IMG/VR virus record: IMGVR_UViG_3300025011_000042 | Location: 1 to 63,166 of that record | DNA length: 63,166 bases | Strand: one strand, 5' to 3' | From: a virus | Lineage: Duplodnaviria > Caudoviricetes | Shown: one piece after another, positions 29,349 through 38,751 of the stretch | Layout: the number at the start of each line of letters is the position of its first letter | Position numbering within the stretch: the first letter of the stretch is position 1 | Made by a program: the position numbers and the translations under genes | The notes under the pieces: generated by a model | What the model was told of the DNA's origin: nothing | What the model saw: only the letters and a program-made list of their open reading frames with translations | Database searches by the model: none

Positions 29349-30008
29349 ATGTTACGTATAGCAATAGACGGCGCGTGTCGCCGTAATGGTAAACCGGATT
29401 GTATATCTGCTGGCGGTGTGTTTGTAATGAGTTATGATGATTTAAAGCTTACGCGCACTTATACATTATCTGGTTATGAATTTAATTCTACAAGCCAACG
29501 TGGTGAACTACAAGCTTTGCTTATGGCGTTAGACTATGTAAATATGTATAAACAGGACGCACAGATTATTACTGACTCTGAGTACTTATTCAATACAGTG
29601 ACCAAGGAATGGTATAAGAATTGGGAACGTAAAGGTTGGGTCACTGCAGTGAATGAACCAGTTAAGAACGTTGATATGTGGCGTAAAATAAGTTCAGCTA
29701 TAAGTGTGTGTGCAACAGACATAATACTTTATCACATAAAAGGTCATTGTATACCATTTGGTAAAGTAACAGCATCGAACTTACTTGACACAGATGGTAC
29801 TGGCCTAGCGTTACTTAAAGCCGTAGACGCTAAGTACGACCAAGTTAAAGACTCTAAGTCTGATAATATTTTGAAAGCTACACAGCTGTCCGAAAAGAAC
29901 AATGGTTTTGCACTGGAAGATGAACAGCTTAAAGCATTCATAGTTGCCAACGTAGTTGCCGACGCAATAGCTACAAGGTGTATTGATGCTTTATCGTTAG
30001 CTAACTAA
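29349..30008 (+). CDS. rnhA: Ribonuclease HI
   Basis: IAIDGAC, TSQRGEL, TDSEY, VKNVDMW, HIKGH, NVVADAIA. Confidence 0.9.
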   Translation: MLRIAIDGACRRNGKPDCISAGGVFVMSYDDLKLTRTYTLSGYEFNSTSQRGELQALLMALDYVNMYKQDAQIITDSEYLFNTVTKEWYKNWERKGWVTAVNEPVKNVDMWRKISSAISVCATDIILYHIKGHCIPFGKVTASNLLDTDGTGLALLKAVDAKYDQVKDSKSDNILKATQLSEKNNGFALEDEQLKAFIVANVVADAIATRCIDALSLAN

Positions 30009-30042
30009 TTAAATTATACGTTACTTTAAAGGAGGTGTTAGT

Positions 30043-30255
30043 ATGAAAGATACTTGTTACGTAACTAAGCGCAAAACTAAATTGCATGTTGAAGTGCCGT
30101 ATGCTACAGACTTTCTTGAAACATTTAAAAGACTCGTACCGGCTGATGCACGCACCTGAGATCCTGCAATGAAACAATGGATTGTAGATGAATCCTACGC
30201 TAGACAAGCAACGCAGTGTTGCAAATCGCACTTCAATAATGTTATTGAATGCTAA
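30043..30255 (+). pseudogene. 70-codon HARP-like ORF interrupted by TGA at 30157 (pseudogene or readthrough)
   Basis: Strong RBS; ...FKRLVPADART*DPAMKQW... Confidence 0.65.
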
Positions 30256-30303
30256 CTAAGTAGCATCCTATACTATAACTTAAACTAAATGGAGGTATGA
30301 ACG

Positions 30304-31140
30304 ATGACTAAATCTACTGTTGTTAACGAAACTGAAGCTACAGTTGTTGACGAGAAAGAAGTTGTTCAGGCAAAAGAAGTAGCGGAAGTAAAAGAAGCCG
30401 CTTCAAATGAAACTGCTATTGCAACACAGCAGGACATTCCGATGGGCTTTGAGGACGATAATCCAGAGGATATGATTATACCGCGTGTCAAGGTTATTCA
30501 GACTTTAAGTCCTGAGCGTAAGGATAAGATTGCTGAGGAAGGTGACATCCTTAACTCTCTGACAAAGGAAAAGATTAATGGTAAGATATTCATTCCGGTA
30601 TTTAAGTTCAATAACAATATCGAGTGGCGCCCAAGGAATGATGGCGGCGGTATTGTATGTCAGGCCCGCGACGCTAAGCTAGGTGAAAAGTCAGACGGTA
30701 CGCGTATGCTGTGCATATCCTGTAAGCGTTGTGAGTTTGACAATACTAAGCAAGGCAGCGACGCAGCGCCGAAGTGCACTAAGTACATCAACTTCTTCGG
30801 TTTCTTTGCCGGTGAAAGAATGCCTATCATCTTGAGTTTTGCAAAGACTAACTACAATGAAGGTAAAAAGGTATACAGCTTGGCGAAAGTAACAATGCAA
30901 AACATGTGGAATTACGGTTACCGGTTGGATGAGAAACTAATTTCGAAGAATGGTAATGAGTGGTACAATATTGTAGGTACTCCTGCCGGCGCTACTTCTG
31001 TTGAAGACCGCGATTTTGGTTTATCACTTTACAAGCAATTTAGAGCCAATGTAACTAGCCTTAATATTGACCTTGAAGACTCAAACGCTGCAGCCGCAGA
31101 ACAAGCTCCTGTTGTTGACGTTGACAAAGTAGAGTACTAA
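30304..31140 (+). CDS. Putative ssDNA-binding/annealing protein
   Basis: DMIIPRVKVIQ; acidic termini; precedes primase. Confidence 0.55.
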   Translation: MTKSTVVNETEATVVDEKEVVQAKEVAEVKEAASNETAIATQQDIPMGFEDDNPEDMIIPRVKVIQTLSPERKDKIAEEGDILNSLTKEKINGKIFIPVFKFNNNIEWRPRNDGGGIVCQARDAKLGEKSDGTRMLCISCKRCEFDNTKQGSDAAPKCTKYINFFGFFAGERMPIILSFAKTNYNEGKKVYSLAKVTMQNMWNYGYRLDEKLISKNGNEWYNIVGTPAGATSVEDRDFGLSLYKQFRANVTSLNIDLEDSNAAAAEQAPVVDVDKVEY

Positions 31141-31153
31141 GATTTAATTGGAT

Positions 31154-31182
31154 GTGCATAGTGCTACAATAGCACTATGCAT
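31154..31182 (+). promoter_or_regulatory. Perfect hairpin abutting the primase RBS
   Basis: TGCATAGTGCTA-CAA-TAGCACTATGCA. Confidence 0.55.
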
Positions 31183-31197
31183 GGAGGAGGCTGGTAA

Positions 31198-34167
31198 ATG
31201 CTTTGGAGTGAGTATACAAATCGCATTCTAGCCGAGATAGACAACGAAGCCTTTTTCTTGAATGAACTTAAAAACATTCAACGTAGAGGACAGGAAGTCA
31301 AAGCAGAATGTCCGTTCAAGGAACTACATGGTTCGCAGACTGATAATAATCCTTCATTAACTGTAAACGTATCAAGAGGTGTGTACTACTGTAATAGTTG
31401 TCATTCAAAAGGTAACGTACACACAATGTATAGGCATTTGTATGGACTTACACCTGAGCAAGCTTGGTTTCAATTAGGTGACGCATTAAAACTTCAAAGA
31501 CCTGACGGTACTAAACCTACAAGACCTGATATTAACATAGGGTTAGTACAACTGTACCATAAGCAGCTTATTAATTTAACTGGCCCAATAAGAGATATAT
31601 TACGAGAAAGACGTGGGTTAACTGATGATACTCTAAAGCGCTTTCAGCTTGGTTGGGATGGCGAACGAATAACAATTCCAATATACGATGAATACAACAC
31701 GTTAGTTAATTTCAGGCGCTATAAATGGAACTCAACTGATGACCAATGGAAAGTACTTAACTATATAGATGAACTTAACAACTCGTATGGTGAAGTTCGC
31801 ATCTTTGGTATAGACAAGATTGTAGATACTTCTATTGAGTACGTAGTATGGTGTGAAGGTGAAATGGACTGTATATGTGCTACGCAGCATGGTTTCCCAT
31901 CTGCGTGCCCAACGTCTGGTGCAGGTACATGGAAAGCTGATTGGACAAAGTTGTTTAGGAATAAGAAGCGCGTATATTTAGTACAAGATAATGATGAAGC
32001 AGGACGTAACGCAGCTAATAAGCTTTGTGAAAAACTGTATCGTGTAGTTGATGTCTATTTAATTAATTGGCCAGAAAATTTCCCAGATAAGGGAGATACA
32101 ACAGACTTCTTTACAAAGTGTGGTCTTGGTACTGAAGATTTTCAGCGGCTGCTAGACAACGCTGTTCAGTACATTGATAGTACACTGGCTGATAACAGAA
32201 TCGCTGATGAGGCCGATGCACAAGAAGTACACCTATCTGATAGCTCCGAAGCAGGCTTCTATGGTAAGAGATTACGTATTCCTGTTATGGTAAGTGGTAA
32301 AGATAACACGCCGTATATATGTCCAAAGGTAATTAGAGTGCGCTGCGGCGACGCAGCTGATAGTGAGAATAAGCGGTGTGAAAAATGTAGTCTAGCTGTA
32401 CATGCTGGTGAAATTAATAAGACATTAACGTCTGCTGATAAAGATATTTTAAAGCTTATAAAATGTACTGAGAAGCAACAACAAGCAGCTATACATGAAA
32501 TGTTAGGTGTTAACCATAAATGCACGCAACACAGTCTTGACATAATAGAGTATATGAACATAGAAGAGTTAAGGTTGATACCTAAGGCTGAAGCAAACTT
32601 TGGTTTTTCTAAAGAGCATGATTATGTAGTTAGGACTGGCCACTACATTGGTAATAACTTAAAGACTAATAAGCGCTACACCATGGCTGGTTACATGTAC
32701 GCAGAACCTACGACTCAGTACGCAACATGTATGTTTGATAAAGCGTATCCTGAGAAGGATTTAATAAGTGACTTTGAATTAACTGATGAGGTACTCGAAC
32801 AGCTTAAAACTTTCAGAGTTAAACCCGGTCAAACAGTTAAAGAAAAGTTTGATGAGATTCACATAGACTTGGAGCGTAACGTAACCTACATATGGGAGAG
32901 GCGTAACATAGCGTTTGCAGTTGATCTAATATACCACACTGTACTTAACTTTTATTTTCAAGAACAATTTGTTAAACGTGGTTGGGGTGAGTTACTAATC
33001 ATAGGTGACTCTGGACAAGCTAAAACTACTGTTGTAGAGCGCTTGATGAATCACTATAGACTAGGTGAACTACACTCTGGCGAGTCCTCTCGTAGGACAG
33101 GCTTAGTGTACAACATGCAGCAAAACAATAAACGATGGTTTCTTGTCTGGGGTGCGTTTCCATTAAACGATGGAGGATTGATAACTCTTGACGAATTATC
33201 TGGACTTAGCGAAGAAGATTTGTCCATTATGTCTGACGTCAGGTCTTCAGGAATCGCTAAAGCAACTGGTGTCATTACTGCAGAAACAAGTTGCAGGACT
33301 AGAGCAATCTACATCTCGAACCCTAGAAATGGTAGACAGCTCAATTCAGAAACATATGGTGTTACAGCTGTACTCAAGCTTATGGGTAAAGCAGAAGACG
33401 TTAGACGTCTCGATATCGCAATGTCTGTTGCATCTGGAGACGTTGACCCATCACTCATCAACAGAGCAGTTGAGGACTTTCCTAGCATCGGGCATGTTTA
33501 TACCTCGGATCTGTGTAACTCACGCGTACTGTGGGCATGGAGTAGGCGGCCAGAAAATGTTAAAATCACGCATGAAGCTACAAAACGTATCCTTGAATGT
33601 GCGACGGAGATGGGCTCAAAATACACTTCGAAGATACCAATAGTTGAGGCAGCTGATCAACGCATAAAGATAGCTAGACTATCAATAGCTACCGCATGTT
33701 GTGTGTTTTCTTCTGATGAAGCCGGTGAAAACGTAATTGTTAAGCCAGAGCATGTAAACTTTGTTGTAGATTTTATGACGGAGTTATATAGTGCGAAAAG
33801 CTTTGGTTATGATAAACTTAGTGAGCAAGAAAAAGTTACAACTGATTCATCCGACGATAATATTAGCAAGTTACGCGCTATGTTCTTGACACTACCTATT
33901 ATGGATGCTAATGAAATGGCTACTGTACTGTATCAACTACCGTACTTTAGCCGAGCTACACTTGAGGATTACACAGGCTTATCAAAAGATGACCTTAAGA
34001 TGCTACTGAAGTTTATGACTAATCAACACCTTGTAGATAAGGTTAGAGGTGACTACAGAAGATTGCCTTTAGGTACTGAATTGTTTAAGAACTTAACTAT
34101 CATACCAGTAAGTAAAAAGGAAATTGACGAAGCTAGGAAAGAGTTCTACAGCGCCGCGGACTACTAG
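31198..34167 (+). CDS. Primase-helicase: CHC2 Zn finger, TOPRIM and MCM-like AAA+ domains
   Basis: CPF...H...CNSC; CEGEMD; QDNDEAG; GDSGQAKT; LDEL; ISNPR. Confidence 0.9.
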   Translation: MLWSEYTNRILAEIDNEAFFLNELKNIQRRGQEVKAECPFKELHGSQTDNNPSLTVNVSRGVYYCNSCHSKGNVHTMYRHLYGLTPEQAWFQLGDALKLQRPDGTKPTRPDINIGLVQLYHKQLINLTGPIRDILRERRGLTDDTLKRFQLGWDGERITIPIYDEYNTLVNFRRYKWNSTDDQWKVLNYIDELNNSYGEVRIFGIDKIVDTSIEYVVWCEGEMDCICATQHGFPSACPTSGAGTWKADWTKLFRNKKRVYLVQDNDEAGRNAANKLCEKLYRVVDVYLINWPENFPDKGDTTDFFTKCGLGTEDFQRLLDNAVQYIDSTLADNRIADEADAQEVHLSDSSEAGFYGKRLRIPVMVSGKDNTPYICPKVIRVRCGDAADSENKRCEKCSLAVHAGEINKTLTSADKDILKLIKCTEKQQQAAIHEMLGVNHKCTQHSLDIIEYMNIEELRLIPKAEANFGFSKEHDYVVRTGHYIGNNLKTNKRYTMAGYMYAEPTTQYATCMFDKAYPEKDLISDFELTDEVLEQLKTFRVKPGQTVKEKFDEIHIDLERNVTYIWERRNIAFAVDLIYHTVLNFYFQEQFVKRGWGELLIIGDSGQAKTTVVERLMNHYRLGELHSGESSRRTGLVYNMQQNNKRWFLVWGAFPLNDGGLITLDELSGLSEEDLSIMSDVRSSGIAKATGVITAETSCRTRAIYISNPRNGRQLNSETYGVTAVLKLMGKAEDVRRLDIAMSVASGDVDPSLINRAVEDFPSIGHVYTSDLCNSRVLWAWSRRPENVKITHEATKRILECATEMGSKYTSKIPIVEAADQRIKIARLSIATACCVFSSDEAGENVIVKPEHVNFVVDFMTELYSAKSFGYDKLSEQEKVTTDSSDDNISKLRAMFLTLPIMDANEMATVLYQLPYFSRATLEDYTGLSKDDLKMLLKFMTNQHLVDKVRGDYRRLPLGTELFKNLTIIPVSKKEIDEARKEFYSAADY

Positions 34168-34178
34168 GAGGTGTTAAG

Positions 34179-34367
34179 ATGTTCGAATTCCTTGCTGTAA
34201 GTATTTTCGGTTTAATGATTGCACTCTGGTTTGTATGTTATTGGTGGGTAGGTAAGTACTGCACAGTACCTTCAGCAGAGCAAGCATTTCTCAATTGTTC
34301 CAGTACTTCCGTAGAGGAGTACACTCCGGAAGAGGTAGTAGTGATAGTCGTACCACCAGTGATATAG
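34179..34367 (+). CDS. Small membrane protein
   Basis: RBS; N-terminal hydrophobic segment. Confidence 0.6.
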   Translation: MFEFLAVSIFGLMIALWFVCYWWVGKYCTVPSAEQAFLNCSSTSVEEYTPEEVVVIVVPPVI

Positions 34368-34377
34368 GAGGGACGTC

Positions 34378-34464
34378 ATGTTAAACAATTTTTGGAAAGA
34401 GAATGGCTTAGCTATAGCAATCGGTTTCATATGTGGTGCTGCCTTATTTTGGTTAACGAAGTAG
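34378..34464 (+). CDS. 28-aa membrane peptide, absent from the ORF track
   Basis: AGGAGG RBS; MLNNFWKENGLAIAIGFICGAALFWLTK. Confidence 0.55.
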   Translation: MLNNFWKENGLAIAIGFICGAALFWLTK

Positions 34465-34686
34465 ATGTACTACATTATTAATGGGGTGTTTAGAATTGAA
34501 CCACTTTTAATTACGTCTGTTATATTAAATGTAACGCTTACAGTACAGTATGTTATGTTAGTAAAGAAACATAATCGTGTTATTGATGATGTGGTGTCTA
34601 TGCTTGAAGACATTAAAGGTAGACATTGTAGACCACCTAAACCACTGGCACAAGGAAAGGTTAGAAAGCAAGGACTAAATAACTAG
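34465..34686 (+). CDS. Small membrane protein
   Basis: Hydrophobic segment; tight gene packing; start uncertain. Confidence 0.55.
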   Translation: MYYIINGVFRIEPLLITSVILNVTLTVQYVMLVKKHNRVIDDVVSMLEDIKGRHCRPPKPLAQGKVRKQGLNN

Positions 34687-34697
34687 GAGGAGTACAA

Positions 34698-34964
34698 ATG
34701 GATAATGCAAACAATGCCGATGGTAAAGAAGTTCGCTATTACCTAGATATTATAAAGAAAGCAATGGAACCTAAACCCGATATAAAGTCATTCGAGCCTT
34801 CTTATATTGTTACGGCAGTAAAGTTGCCTACTGGTGCTATTGAGCTAATAGTTAACAGTAGCAACATAGCAGAAAAGATTGATTACCTATTAGAAGCCTA
34901 TGATGAAAGCATGTGCCTAAAAGCTAATCCGAAGATATTTATAAGTAATGTAATGGTTGTATGA
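34698..34964 (+). CDS. Hypothetical protein
   Basis: GGAGG RBS; ATGA overlap with next gene. Confidence 0.7.
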   Translation: MDNANNADGKEVRYYLDIIKKAMEPKPDIKSFEPSYIVTAVKLPTGAIELIVNSSNIAEKIDYLLEAYDESMCLKANPKIFISNVMVV

Positions 34965-35227
34965 TACCTGCAAGATTAGTTAATAAGAAGCATAAGCATG
35001 ACGTGTACATCGGCAGACCGTCGCGTTGGGGGAACCCTTACCACATTGGTATAGATGGTACACGTGAAGAGTGTATAGCAAAATATGAAGACCATGTGAG
35101 GACAAGCAAGATTTTAATGCGAGCCTTACCAGCATTAGCTGGTAAGGTATTAGGATGACACTGTCCTCCGAAGCCGTGTCACGGCTCTGTACTGATTAAG
35201 ATACTGAATGAAATTGAGTACGCGTAG
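34961..35227 (+). CDS. DUF4326-like protein with in-frame TGA (candidate selenoprotein)
   Basis: VYIGRPSRWGNPY...LAGKVLG*HCPPKPCHGSVL; SECIS-like hairpin at 35170-35187. Confidence 0.75.
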
Positions 35228-35240
35228 GTGGTGGCAACAA

Positions 35241-35459
35241 ATAGCTAAGTACACTATAGACGGCATTTTGTTTCAACATAAGCTACTTGCAACAGTACCT
35301 GAACAAGACACACATAATTATAACAGTACAAACAAAGACAATGAAAATATGCTCCTTTACAAAACGTTTCACCATAGTGCACTTATGGCATGTGGCGGTG
35401 GCGGTGGTGGTGGAGGAGGAGGTGGCGGCGGTGGCGGCGGCGGTGGTGGCAATTGGTAA
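35241..35459 (+). CDS. Small protein with a Gly19 tail; probable ATA start
   Basis: GGTGGTG RBS then ATA GCT AAG; mixed Gly codons. Confidence 0.55.
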   Translation: MAKYTIDGILFQHKLLATVPEQDTHNYNSTNKDNENMLLYKTFHHSALMACGGGGGGGGGGGGGGGGGGGNW

Positions 35460-35484
35460 TAATAAAGAAATGAGGTACTAATAA

Positions 35485-36483
35485 ATGGTAGTAGCATTAA
35501 AGCAATTAACTAACTGCTCTGTGTATTCAACAGTAACTAAAGAGGAAGATGAAGATGCTTGGCTAAAAGCTAGGACAAGAGGTATAGGTGGTTCTGACGT
35601 TGGCGCTATATGTGGTGTAAGTCCATTCACGTCAGCACGTCAAGTGTACCTTAGTAAAACCGGTCAGTATGAAGATTCAGTAAAAGGCTTCAGCGCCGCG
35701 GCTACAGAACGCATGCACTTTGGTAGCATGCTAGAACCGATAGTTGCAGATGAGTTTGCTAAGCGTACAGGCTTAAAGCTTGTAGAAGTTAAAGCTACAC
35801 TAATGCATAATGAAGTACTGTGGGCATTAGCAAACATTGACAGGTTAGTAGTAGATGACGAAGGTAAACCTATAGGTGTGCTAGAGTGTAAGACAACAAG
35901 CGAATATATGAACAGTGACTGGGAGAATGGCGACTTGTTATTGTCATATATATACCAACTTAACTGGTACTTATGGATAACAGGCCTTAAGAGAGGCTGG
36001 TTCGCATGCTTAGTTGGCGGTAACAAGTTCTACCATTATGAAGTGTTCAGGAATGATGAACTGCTAGAAACTATCATAATACCTGCAGTTACACATTTCT
36101 GGAAAGAAAACGTTTGTAGTTTAATAGAGCCAGAACTACAGGCAACTGATAAAGACTTCGCTAACGGCTTATACGCAGAGGTTATAAAAAATGCTGAGAT
36201 TATAATGGAAGATGATGTTGCCAACGAGCTTGCTCGTACAGTCTTCGATTGTAAGATACAGATTAAAGAGATTACGGCGATTATGGAAGAGGCACAGAAT
36301 AGATTGAAAGACAGACTTAAGGAAAATGAAATCGGTTATACAAAAGATTTCATGATTAAATGGTCGCCGCGGTCACAGGTTAGAGTTGACACAGACAAGC
36401 TTAAGGGACAATTTCCACAGATATACGCTCAATGTCAAAAGAGAATTGACTTCAGGGCGATGTCAGTTAAAGGAGTGAAGTAA
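35485..36483 (+). CDS. YqaJ-like recombination exonuclease
   Basis: WLKARTRGIGGSD, LEP, ANIDR, LECKT, YIYQL. Confidence 0.92.
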   Translation: MVVALKQLTNCSVYSTVTKEEDEDAWLKARTRGIGGSDVGAICGVSPFTSARQVYLSKTGQYEDSVKGFSAAATERMHFGSMLEPIVADEFAKRTGLKLVEVKATLMHNEVLWALANIDRLVVDDEGKPIGVLECKTTSEYMNSDWENGDLLLSYIYQLNWYLWITGLKRGWFACLVGGNKFYHYEVFRNDELLETIIIPAVTHFWKENVCSLIEPELQATDKDFANGLYAEVIKNAEIIMEDDVANELARTVFDCKIQIKEITAIMEEAQNRLKDRLKENEIGYTKDFMIKWSPRSQVRVDTDKLKGQFPQIYAQCQKRIDFRAMSVKGVK

Positions 36484-36914
36484 TGGATAAGCTTTACAAA
36501 TGTGACCCTGAAAAGAACACTGAATGTACTAAAGAAAGCTGTGGTACGCACTGTACTAAGACTACAAATAAGAAATTTGCTATGCAGGAAGAACCTACAT
36601 GTACGGTACGCATGGACGGCGAAGAAGTAACTACAGATGATTTTATAGCCATTGTAGTTAATGACGAAGCAGATGCCGTGCTAATATTCAACACTGACGC
36701 TTTGACGCTAGGAATGGCTCTTAGGCTGCTTACTAAGTCATTCGCTGAGATGATGGCAGAGTGTACAGAGGAAGAACGTAATGAAATCAAAGCTGTACTA
36801 AACAACGAGCACTTCATTAAGCAGACTGACGAAGAAAGCTCTGCAAGGCACGTGTCACAGCGTCCTACACTGAGCCTTGTTACAAATGGTAAGAAAGAGG
36901 TAAACAATGAATAA
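36483..36914 (+). CDS. Hypothetical protein
   Basis: Coupled ORF; N-terminal YKCDPEKNTEC. Confidence 0.65.
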   Translation: MDKLYKCDPEKNTECTKESCGTHCTKTTNKKFAMQEEPTCTVRMDGEEVTTDDFIAIVVNDEADAVLIFNTDALTLGMALRLLTKSFAEMMAECTEEERNEIKAVLNNEHFIKQTDEESSARHVSQRPTLSLVTNGKKEVNNE

Positions 36915-37710
36915 GATTGAAGTTGCCGTACTCCATGAAGCAAATGTAAGTCCAGCAGGAATGATGATGTTCCTTGCTAAGCTCACACAGCGCGGCCATA
37001 GTATAACTGATATGAGTTCATTAAAGAACTTGTACCAGGAGTGTATATACGGCCCGCTACCGTTAGTGGCTGATAAAGTCGCAGTGATGCCACATGGAAC
37101 CATCAAAAGGTTCACGCCTATAACAATAGCTATTGTGGGTGCTTCACGTAGGTTCTTAGCACAGGCAAGAACACATCAAGTCGGTTTTACGTGTGTATCA
37201 GCATCGCTGCAGTACAGCGATTATTCTAATGGAGCAGACTTTGTAGTTCCTTATAAGTTCTTTGAGAGTGATTCAATTGTAGGTGATATGTATCTACAAT
37301 CATGTAAAGACTCTATGAGACACTACCGGCAGTTGGTAGACAGAACAGATGATAACGATTCAGCTGGCTACGCGTCGCCACAAGGCTTACGTAACATACT
37401 GATAATGCAAGGTAATCATGAAGCGTTACGCTACTTTATTCGTACACGTGGTTGTAACAGGAATACAGCTGAGACGCAGTACGTGACAATGTTGGTGTGG
37501 AAGGAACTATTGACTACTGCCGATGGTTGTGTAATGTTCGAAAAAGCTGGCCCAGATTGTTGCTATGGCCAGTGCCGTGAAGGCACTATGACATGTGGTA
37601 AGTCTCTTAAGCCGGTAGCTGAAATGCAGCGTATAGTTAATGATAACTTACCTACGCTGATAATTGAAAAACGGTGGCCGTTGCTTCTTGGAGGTATCGT
37701 CAAATGTTAA
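36907..37710 (+). CDS. thyX: FAD-dependent thymidylate synthase (divergent)
   Basis: HGTIKRF, GASRRFLAQARTHQ...SLQYSDY, AGPDC. Confidence 0.8.
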   Translation: MNKIEVAVLHEANVSPAGMMMFLAKLTQRGHSITDMSSLKNLYQECIYGPLPLVADKVAVMPHGTIKRFTPITIAIVGASRRFLAQARTHQVGFTCVSASLQYSDYSNGADFVVPYKFFESDSIVGDMYLQSCKDSMRHYRQLVDRTDDNDSAGYASPQGLRNILIMQGNHEALRYFIRTRGCNRNTAETQYVTMLVWKELLTTADGCVMFEKAGPDCCYGQCREGTMTCGKSLKPVAEMQRIVNDNLPTLIIEKRWPLLLGGIVKC

Positions 37711-38168
37711 TACTGCTTGAAGGGCCTGATGGTAGTGGAAAAACTACTCTTGCTAAGCAATTAGCAAAACAAACTGGTTATAAACAGGTATGTTTCAGCT
37801 ATCCTAAATCAGAACAGGAAAAAGCTGAAATGTTAAGTATGTACGAAAAAGTTATTAAGAGTGCTGGCAATGTTATAATAGATCGCTGCTGGTATTCTGA
37901 AATGGTATACGGTCCTATATTACGTAAAGAAAACAATATAAGTTTTCCACAGATGTACACACTAGAACGGTTGTTAGCTAAGAAAGGCGCTATGATTATC
38001 TACTGTACTGGTGATAGGAATACTCTATGGGAACGATGCCTTAAGCGTGGTGAAGATTACGTAACTGATCTTGAAGATTTTATTAACATATGTAGAGGGT
38101 ACAACACGCTAATGCTTGATGTACCTCACTACATCCCGGTAACAAAATATGAGTACATTGACGTGTAA
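37704..38168 (+). CDS. Thymidylate/NMP kinase
   Basis: LEGPDGSGKTT, IIDRCWYSEMVYG. Confidence 0.85.
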   Translation: MLILLEGPDGSGKTTLAKQLAKQTGYKQVCFSYPKSEQEKAEMLSMYEKVIKSAGNVIIDRCWYSEMVYGPILRKENNISFPQMYTLERLLAKKGAMIIYCTGDRNTLWERCLKRGEDYVTDLEDFINICRGYNTLMLDVPHYIPVTKYEYIDV

Positions 38169-38751
38169 AGGTTGTGGTTGGGTTTACCCACCAGATACAA
38201 CTAGACGAAGATGTAGATTCTGCGGCACTGAGTTTGAAGAAAGCACTTGTAAGATATGTGGTAAGTTTGGGAAGCTATTTCCCAAACTTACTATATGCAG
38301 AGAATGTTACAATAGACACTTAAGGGAGTCAGGCACAGCCAGTAGGCTGTATGCAAAAAAGATAACTAAGTACATTAAGAACGTTGAAGATAAGTATACA
38401 GCATGGCGGGACTTAATTAACAAAATACCGAAACCTTACAAGTTCCTTACGGAGAGTCAATGGTTAGATGCCTGTAGATTCTTCAATGGTTGTGCACTTT
38501 GTAACAACAAGGAAGTAACTACAAGAGGTTTTTTCATACAGCATAGTGCAGGTGGTAAGTATTGTGATTGGAACACACTACCGTTATGTGAACAGTGCGC
38601 GACAAGGTTAAATATACAGCCTAACCCATTTAAGCGTATGGATAAAATACTAAATAGGACGGTTAACACTGAACGCGGTATGTCAAAGGAAAAGGTAGAA
38701 GCTGCGGCGTTGTATTTAAGTAGTAAGATGGAGGTTTTAATACGTGGGTAG
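38149..38751 (+). CDS. Zn-finger protein with a degenerate HNH domain
   Basis: Several CxxC; LTESQWLDACRFFNGCALC...GG...NTLPLCEQC, lacking the DH catalytic pair. Confidence 0.65.
   Translation: MSTLTCKGCGWVYPPDTTRRRCRFCGTEFEESTCKICGKFGKLFPKLTICRECYNRHLRESGTASRLYAKKITKYIKNVEDKYTAWRDLINKIPKPYKFLTESQWLDACRFFNGCALCNNKEVTTRGFFIQHSAGGKYCDWNTLPLCEQCATRLNIQPNPFKRMDKILNRTVNTERGMSKEKVEAAALYLSSKMEVLIRG

Noticed and set aside
30157-35158. Genome-wide TGA reassignment
   Set aside because: TGA ends several genes in ATGA/TTGA overlaps (26839, 34964, 43709, 49418, 52003), long genes lack internal TGA, and the two cases imply different amino acids.
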